From contig CM022677.1 of assembly GCA_012295275.1 (NCBI GenBank), positions 16,988,001-17,052,000 on the forward strand: a stretch of 64,000 nucleotides of DNA. The letters run 5' to 3'. Under the pieces are notes generated by a model that did no database searches, was not told where the DNA came from, and saw nothing but the letters and a program-made list of their open reading frames with translations. Positions 33,062-64,000 of the stretch are shown piece by piece. The position numbers and the translations under genes are program-made. Source of the stretch: Chrysomallon squamiferum. Its lineage: Eukaryota; Animalia; Mollusca. Position 1 is the first letter of the stretch, and each line of letters begins with the position of its first letter.

Positions 33062-33093
<32 letters not shown>

Positions 33094-33730
33094 ACTACTA
33101 CTACTAATACTATAATACTAATATGTATAAGCGTAATAATAAGATAAGAACAATTACAGTAGTAATAGTTTTAAGAAGATGATGACCATGTCAGTGATGA
33201 TGATGATGATGATGATGATGGTAATGATGATAATAATAATAAGATGAAGAGAAGAAGGACAGATAACTATTATTACGATAAATAAACAAACAAATAAAAA
33301 CCATCAAATTCAAAGAATTTTTATTCATGAATTAAATCGATTCACACTTTCAATAAATCTAAAATAATTATATATAAATCAGGAACAGTCCAGTTACGTC
33401 ATTCGTTCAAAATAAATACAAATAAATAGTCTACTTATATGGTATATCTACCTAACAGTCTAGATTAGAAAACAAAATATAAATAGCTCGTCTAATTGAT
33501 CTATCTAATAATGATATATTTGAAATTAAAAAACTTATAATATTTTGGTTTCGAGTTCTTTGGAGAAACATTAAGTTTATAAAAATAACTAATATATAGT
33601 TGAATAAAATAATCGAAAAAAGGCTATAAACAAATAAATAAATAAAAATAAATAAATAAAACTTATTTTTGAAAATAACAAATACAGATCTGTTAAAACC
33701 ATATATATTTGACGTATTTGTTAATCTCTA

Positions 33731-33778
<48 letters not shown>

Positions 33779-34090
33779 TGTGTATGTGTGTCTCTAGATA
33801 TCTTATTTTACAAGTCTAAGATGGCCGCCCTTACTGGTACACCAAAAAATATGAGTAATTTTAATTTGGTTTTCACAACAAATTCAAAAGTCAAATTATG
33901 AATATACTCAAAACATTCAGAAAGGGTTGAGAAAAAAAAAAAAAAGATAAAAGGAATTCATGGCGTACAAAATTCACACTTTATGGGTTTTGGTTTTATG
34001 AATTCAACAGCTGAACACTTCAAATCAGTCATACATTGTATGATAACATCATTCTCCAGTTAACTTCTATTTAGAACAGTTTCATGATTT

Positions 34091-34139
<49 letters not shown>

Positions 34140-34960
34140 CTATTTACCATATATATATATAAACGTATAGTTTTGAAATATAGGATGATAGTCATCATTT
34201 ATTCCTCATTAAACAGACATTAAGCCAATCAGTTCCTTTGAAACAAGATTTAAAATGTAAGCTGAGACATGATTGGTTCTCCCAGAAAGATAACATTCGT
34301 GATATAAAGCAAATAAATAAATAACAATGAATACTCAAATAAAAAATAAATAAAAAAAAAATAAATAAATAAATAAATAAATAAATAACAATAAATAAAT
34401 AAATAAAAAAAAAAAAAATAAAATAAATAAAACGATATCACATTTATGAGCAGATTATTATGCAACAATTCAATAGACCATGCTGTATTCTGATGTGGTA
34501 AGTATTTGGGGTTAAAATATAATTACTAATATTTATTCATTCTACAAACTGTTAACTAATACATTTCTGAATGTATTACTTGTTTATAACTAATCAGAAT
34601 GCTAATTAATAACCATAATCTCATAAGAAAGTAGTTGTTATATTTAAATACCAAAAATAATTAGTATATTGTGAAAAATACTTATAAGACCATTTTCAAT
34701 AATATTCTTCTTTGAATGAAATACGAGGTATCCTAGATCGTAATAAAATTATAAAAAATAACATTTGTTCAACCAGTTTATCGAAAATTATATATTGTGA
34801 ATAAAATAATAATAATAAATAAATAAACAAACAAATAAATATATAAATAAATAAATTATAACTAATAAGCAAATAAATAAATACATTTATCATGGTTTTG
34901 AATGTAGCCATAATTTATCGAACATTATATTGATGAATAAAATAATTTCTTTTGAAATTA

Positions 34961-34991
<31 letters not shown>

Positions 34992-35069
34992 ATGATCATG
35001 GCTTTAAATGTAACCATTACTAAATACTGTAACTCTCAATAAAATGTCCTCTCTTAAAGATGGTTACAC

Positions 35070-35440
35070 CAATATAATCTCAACCAATCGTAAGCCATGT
35101 AACATTGATACTTGAACTATTGGTAAGCTTTTAAAAACTGGCCTTGAAATGATAAGAATTAAAAACTGGTATTCCAACCAGTGGTAAGCCATTTTAATAT
35201 TGATTTCCGAACCAATGGTAAACAATTAAACACTGATAAATCAGCCAATGATAAACCTTTTAACAGTGACACTTGAACCAGCAGTAATTTATCTGTTTCA
35301 ACCAATGATAAATTGTTTTACGTAACATATCCAATTTAACCGTTTCTCATGTCCAGTAATGACTATCGTAGGATTCTTTCGTTTTAGAACCAATGGAAAC
35401 TAATTTTAAACTAACGTACAAACCAACAGCAAGCCGTTTT
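35070..35440. repeat. Degenerate tandem repeat of about 33 bp (consensus about AACCAATGGTAAGC.TTTAA.ACTGATA.TTG)
   Basis: aaccaat/aaccag cores at about 35083, 35116, 35177, 35210, 35244 and 35277. Confidence 0.65.
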
Positions 35441-35858
35441 TTTTTATATTAACAGTAACTAATAATAATATAATAGTAAAACATTATTATAACTGATTAT
35501 TTAAACGAATAGCAAAGTATTGTGCTTACCATATGAATTTACAATGAATGTGGCCATTTAAATATTATACAGAAATAAAAGTTATCTTCACATTAACATT
35601 GATAGTCATCAAAGCCGTGACATTTTTTTTAAAAGGTAACATATTTTAGTTATACAGTTTGACAACATAAAACAAAGGACTAATAATCTACGTTCAAAAC
35701 ATTTAGAAACCTCCATACAAGTTTCCTTTGTGTATGAAAGGCAGATGCTTCAACTGGAATGTGAAAACAGTCTGTTTTTTGAGCAAGGCCAAGTTTGTTT
35801 TGTTTTTCCAAATAAATTCATTAACTCCTCGTATGGTAAACAAGAATCCAACTCTCCA

Positions 35859-36060
35859 TGACGTCAGTTGATAAATGATGACGTAATCGGGGAAAACAAA
35901 GCCACAATTTGAAGATGGGTACTTATAGTGCACCCTAAAAATGAGTTACCTCTGACGTCATTTTGAAATCATTTACGTCACAGTAAATACTTTAATGTGA
36001 CCTAGAAATAAATTACGTCACAGTCAATTCTATGACGTCAAGATCAATTCAGTTACGTCA
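35859..36060. promoter_or_regulatory. Cluster of CRE / CRE-PAR hybrid bZIP motifs phased at 20 bp
   Basis: TGACGTCA at 35859, 35953 and 36033; TGACGTAA at 35879; TTACGTCA at 35973, 36013 and 36053. Confidence 0.45.
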
Positions 36061-37713
36061 TGGAGAATATTATTTTACCACCACAAGTAAAATAAAGTGT
36101 GAAACCATCAAAATTGGCACGTCAAATTATGCGTGTACTGATACGTCATCACAGTCATAATTACGAGCTTGTTATAGCATGATAAGTGACTTCTTTGTGA
36201 TTTTTTTTCCTTGAATCGAGGTTACAGAATCTGTGCTCAAAACGTAATAAATGATTTCGTATATGATGTGACGGAATTAAATTACGTGTGTGAACAACTA
36301 ACGTAATTATAAATGGATTTCCTCTCGATTTTAAAAAGTTCCATTCATTCTATTTATTTTCAATTTTTATTCCATTTTATTTTAGTATATTGTTCAGTTA
36401 TATGTATAACAATATCTGTTTAGTGTTATCATTCTTCTGATCCGCGTATTTTGAGGCACAGCTTATTTATAACGAAGAACATGTCTCCAGTAACAGAACA
36501 AATTATTCCTTTCTGATATTATGTGCTGAAAAATTTTCCACGAAGACAGTATATAACAGGAGCTGAAAAACATTTATTTTTATTTTTATTTTTTTAGTTT
36601 CTTCCTTACTTCTTTCCTTTTCTTTTCATTATTTCAAACACTTTATTGGGGGGGAATCTTTTTTGTGGTTTTGTATATTTTGGTTTTCTTTTCAATTTCT
36701 TTTTATTTTGTTTTGTTTTTTTTGTGTTCTCCCATTGTCTCTGAATTGTCTTTCAGAACAGTTTAATGGTTTCGTTATAAACATTTTCTGAGAGTATTAA
36801 CTCTGGCAGAGAGCTTCAGTAATTCAGATTCAGAATAGAAAACGCCAACCAAAACATTCAAAAAGAATAAAATCTTACTGTTTTAACTGTAGGATATATT
36901 ATTCCTGTACAATTAAATATGATTTTCACACCTGTTTGTCTTTATACACTTGTCTATATTTGTTCCTTTTAGGTTTACAATGTCCATATATTACTTATCT
37001 TACTTACTATGATAATTAAATCGACCATTTTTATATAAATGGTTGTTTTGTCACTTTATGTATGAAGTTTGGTAGATACATTTCATATACATTTACGTCC
37101 AATGATCCAAGTTAGCAAAACGATCGTATATAATAGTAAGGGACCAGTCAAACTGCTTCATGAATCCTCGATGTCCATATTTTTTTTTTCTTGGCACAAA
37201 CCGTAATAGCATATAAGTAAATGGCACACTTAGTGTTATCGTCCAGAATACAGAATTAAAGATTGGTGTTGTCTGAACCAATAACATACCATCTTACATT
37301 GATTGTAACCAATGAAATCACATGACACAAGAGTGGTTTTGCATGGCATAATAACTCTTGCTTTCCACAGTTGATTAAAAAAAAAATAATAATAATTAAA
37401 ATAAAATAGCCGTCATTTCGATTTTGACCTATAAAATAAAATAACCCGTAACAAATCACAGTCTTGTTCAACATGAACCAATCACATGCCATTTAACGTC
37501 ATTGTTTTGTGACAGCATGAAGGACATTCCTGCCGAACATTCAAGCTTTCCTTTTTCCAAATAACAAACAGAGACAGAAGTCGCTCTCTGACCTATTCGT
37601 GAACGAAAACGTGGGAAATGTTTTGAGACGTGTAACGCTGTGGAATAAACTCGCCGTCTGCGCCGAACTTCGTTCGTTTGTTAATTTCGAGAGTTTATGT
37701 CAATCACGTGACG

Positions 37714-60705
<22,992 letters not shown>

Positions 60706-60709
60706 CTGC

Positions 60710-60750
<41 letters not shown>

Positions 60751-60793
60751 TAATAACAATAATAATAACAAAATAATATACAGCAGCAGCAGC

Positions 60794-60840
<47 letters not shown>

Positions 60841-61079
60841 ATGTAGCAGTGGCAGTAATAGTAGTAGTAGTGGCAGCAGTAGAAGAGAAATTAATTTAAT
60901 AATAATAGTGATTGTAATGACGACAATGATGGTGATGATAAAAACGACAACAACATCGACAGCGACAAAAACAATAAGTAATCAAGGAAACTGATGATCA
61001 TAAAAGTGTTTGCAATAAACACAGTTCTAATGCTTAATAATATACATAAATGCAAGCTTAATTTTTCTCTTTTCATTAT

Positions 61080-61125
<46 letters not shown>

Positions 61126-61537
61126 CACCCATTCTCTTATAATCATTTTATCTATGCCTCTAACTGTCATTCATTCTCAACACATACCCCTCTCTCGCGA
61201 TCTCTCTCTCACAATCTTCTTCTCAGTCATATCCATGGAAACCTACCCAACTGATTTCCACTAAAGAGACGTAAACACCGATCTATAAAACTCGGCATTA
61301 GATTACAACACAACCCATTTCATCCACGTCTCCCTGACTGCTTTAACTTTCCCCTCCCCCCAAAAAAACTACGACAAACGTGATTAGGTCCAAATTCTAA
61401 TGAAATCTTTTAGCCGTGGCGTCTTTCCCTAAAACTCTGTCCATTCAACTCGTCTTTTATTTTCGACGTCTCCCAATTTGCCTTCGAGCGAGTGTCCAAA
61501 TTGGTTCCCCCTATCATCTTTTTCTTGTAAATGGAAT

Positions 61538-61700
61538 TTATGACGATATACGTGTGAGTGAATTGACCCGATTCCAGAACGAGGTCGGTCGGACGGCAAA
61601 CCAGTACCTCTGATTTGTACTGTGGGTCTGTACTCTCTTGTTTCTGATGTTATGTCCGCGAGATTTCGACTGTGTTTCCATGATACGAGTAATTTTATTT
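61538..61700 (-). mobile_element. Possible decayed 3' end of a CR1/L2-type LINE ORF2
   Basis: Translation SRGHN...NQRYWFAVRPTSFWN resembles the RGH...FF..R....WN.LP C-terminus of CR1-group RT proteins; short and unverified. Confidence 0.3.
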
Positions 61701-61887
61701 GCGTTGGTTCTACTTGACGTGAATGTGAGATGAGGGAAAGGACTGGAACGAAATTTCGCTGAATGCGAAGAACTGTCTAACAGCCGTGTGATGCCAGCGT
61801 TTTGTAAAAATTTCATAAACGAACGGGAAAAAACTTGAATTATTTGCGTAAGAGAAGGAGTCAAATTGGGTTGAGTTTAGAAAAAGA

Positions 61888-61987
<100 letters not shown>

Positions 61988-62949
61988 TAAAAACAAAAAG
62001 AATCTAGTGATTTTTAGAGAAGAAGTGTTTAATTGATTTCTATCATGCGTAGTCATCGTGGTGGTCGTTCCGTCAGTGTTTAATTGTCTTTTTTTGATTA
62101 TCATCATCATCATCCTTGTCTCTTTCATCTTCATTTTGTACGTCATCATCATCTTTTTCCTTTTATATATTCTTCCTCAACATCATTCTACAATTTAGTA
62201 ACCGTCATCATCATCTACTTCTGCTTTTACATCATCATCATCAAAATTATCATCTTCTTTTTCCTTTATTATCATAACAGTCTTCTTTTTCTTCAACACC
62301 TTACTAAAACTCATCATCACAGTCATCATCATCTTTTTCATTCATCATCATCATCTTTTTCTGTCTTTCCTCAACATCATCATCATAATCATCATCGTCT
62401 ACGTCTTTCTCTGGCTATTCTTCATCATTCTCTGATTTATTTTAATCATTATCATAATCATCATCGTCTTCTTGGTTTCATCATCATCATCATATCGTCA
62501 TCGTCTTCTCCTCTACATCATCATCATCATCATTATTGTCGTCTATTTATTCTCTAGATCTTTTTTCATCATTATCGTAATCATCGTCTTGTTTTTCCTT
62601 CATCATCATCAACATCATCATCTTCATGTCTTCACCATCATTATCATCATCTTGTTTTTCCTTCATCATCATCATCAACATCATCTTCATGTCTTCATCA
62701 TCATTATCATCATCATCATCATCATCATCTTCTACTGCTTTCATTTATTTTCTTCTTTCTCTTCTTCCTTTCTTTTTCTTCTTCTCTTTCTCGTATTCTC
62801 TAAAGTTTGTTTCCTGTTCGCTATTATTATTATTATTATATTATAATTCGTGTTGTAGTAGCAGTAGTGGTTGTTGTTGTCGTTGTTGTTGTTCTTCTTC
62901 TCTTCCTTGTATTCTCAAAAGTTTTGTTTACTCTTCACTATTATTATTA

Positions 62950-62996
<47 letters not shown>

Positions 62997-63007
62997 TGTA
63001 TTACTAG

Positions 63008-63046
<39 letters not shown>

Positions 63047-63743
63047 CCTTCTCCTTCAACATCTCTGCCTTGTATTCTCAAAAGTCTGTTTACTTTTCGT
63101 TTCCTGATTACTCCACAACAGCAATCACTGAGCCGAACTCTTCTGTGACAAGTCGTGATGAAAGAGACTCTATGGCGTTTTTCTCGGAAAAGTCATTTTT
63201 TCTCAGAAAAGTCATTTTTCTTCATTTGCGGTGACTCTCGCACTTTTTGCTGACATTTAACCCTTTTTTATTTATTTCTTTTTTTTTTTTTTTTTTTTTT
63301 TTTAGTTTAGATCACTGATGGGAGATGCAGGAAGACAGATTGAGAATAAAATATAGAGAAAGATGGATAAGCTATCGATTTTATTTTTATTCATTTATTT
63401 ACATTTTCACGTTTTTTTTTTTTTTTTTTTTCTCAATTCCGTCGAGTTATAAATCATCTGTAGTTGACGTAAGCTATCATTAAGATTTTTTAACACTATT
63501 TGTTCAGCCAAGTAGAAAATAAAATAGAGAAAATTCACAGACTTTGAATAGATTAAGGAGTCTTTTTTTATATTTTTTTTATTATTTTTTTTTTTTAAAT
63601 AGGTTTTAAGTTAAGGAATTGTTTTCTGTGATTATATAAGTTGTTACAAATAATAAAACACATGTAGTCATATCTTATGTACGTGTTTGTGGTTGCATTT
63701 ATATTTGTTGATAACGTAGAATAAGATAAGATAAACAGACAGC

Positions 63744-63744
<1 letters not shown>

Positions 63745-63822
<78 letters not shown>

Positions 63823-63823
63823 G

Positions 63824-63858
<35 letters not shown>

Positions 63859-63867
63859 GTAGATAGG

Positions 63868-63885
<18 letters not shown>
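63745..63885. repeat. (GATA)n tetranucleotide microsatellite
   Basis: Direct inspection. Confidence 0.95.
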
Positions 63886-63898
<13 letters not shown>

Positions 63899-63906
63899 GT
63901 AGGAGT

Positions 63907-63939
<33 letters not shown>

Positions 63940-64000
63940 TAGATAGAGATAGAGAGATAGATAGGTTTAACTAACTAACTGATAGATACTGACAGACAGT

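Overview
AT-rich, very microsatellite-dense animal genomic DNA (invertebrate, probably mollusc-like; this is an inference). Nearly all entries in the ORF track are translations of simple repeats. Two real spliced genes face each other. (1) On the + strand, a CYP3-clan (CYP3A-like) cytochrome P450 with 12 recognisable exons at 5035-18557. Its first coding exon was not found, its third exon is damaged in this sequence, and its I-helix motif is atypical (GAYGTT). (2) On the - strand, the 3' 16 exons (60705-37714) of a receptor guanylyl cyclase of the NPR1/GC-A type: juxtamembrane region, TM helix, kinase-homology domain, coiled coil and cyclase. It carries one apparent 1-nt homopolymer frameshift, and its extracellular-domain exons lie beyond the window. 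The most striking structure these genes do not explain is a series of tandem repeats anchored on splice junctions. Several copy the splice site plus a few exonic codons, and they range from young (decoy sites intact) to old (decoy sites erased). Other notable items are a 20-bp-phased CRE-like array, a quasi-palindromic 25-bp minisatellite, a roughly 1.2-1.4 kb tandem triplication, an inverted triplication and an intronic pseudoknot-like fold. All coordinates and translations were read by eye; no database searches were run.
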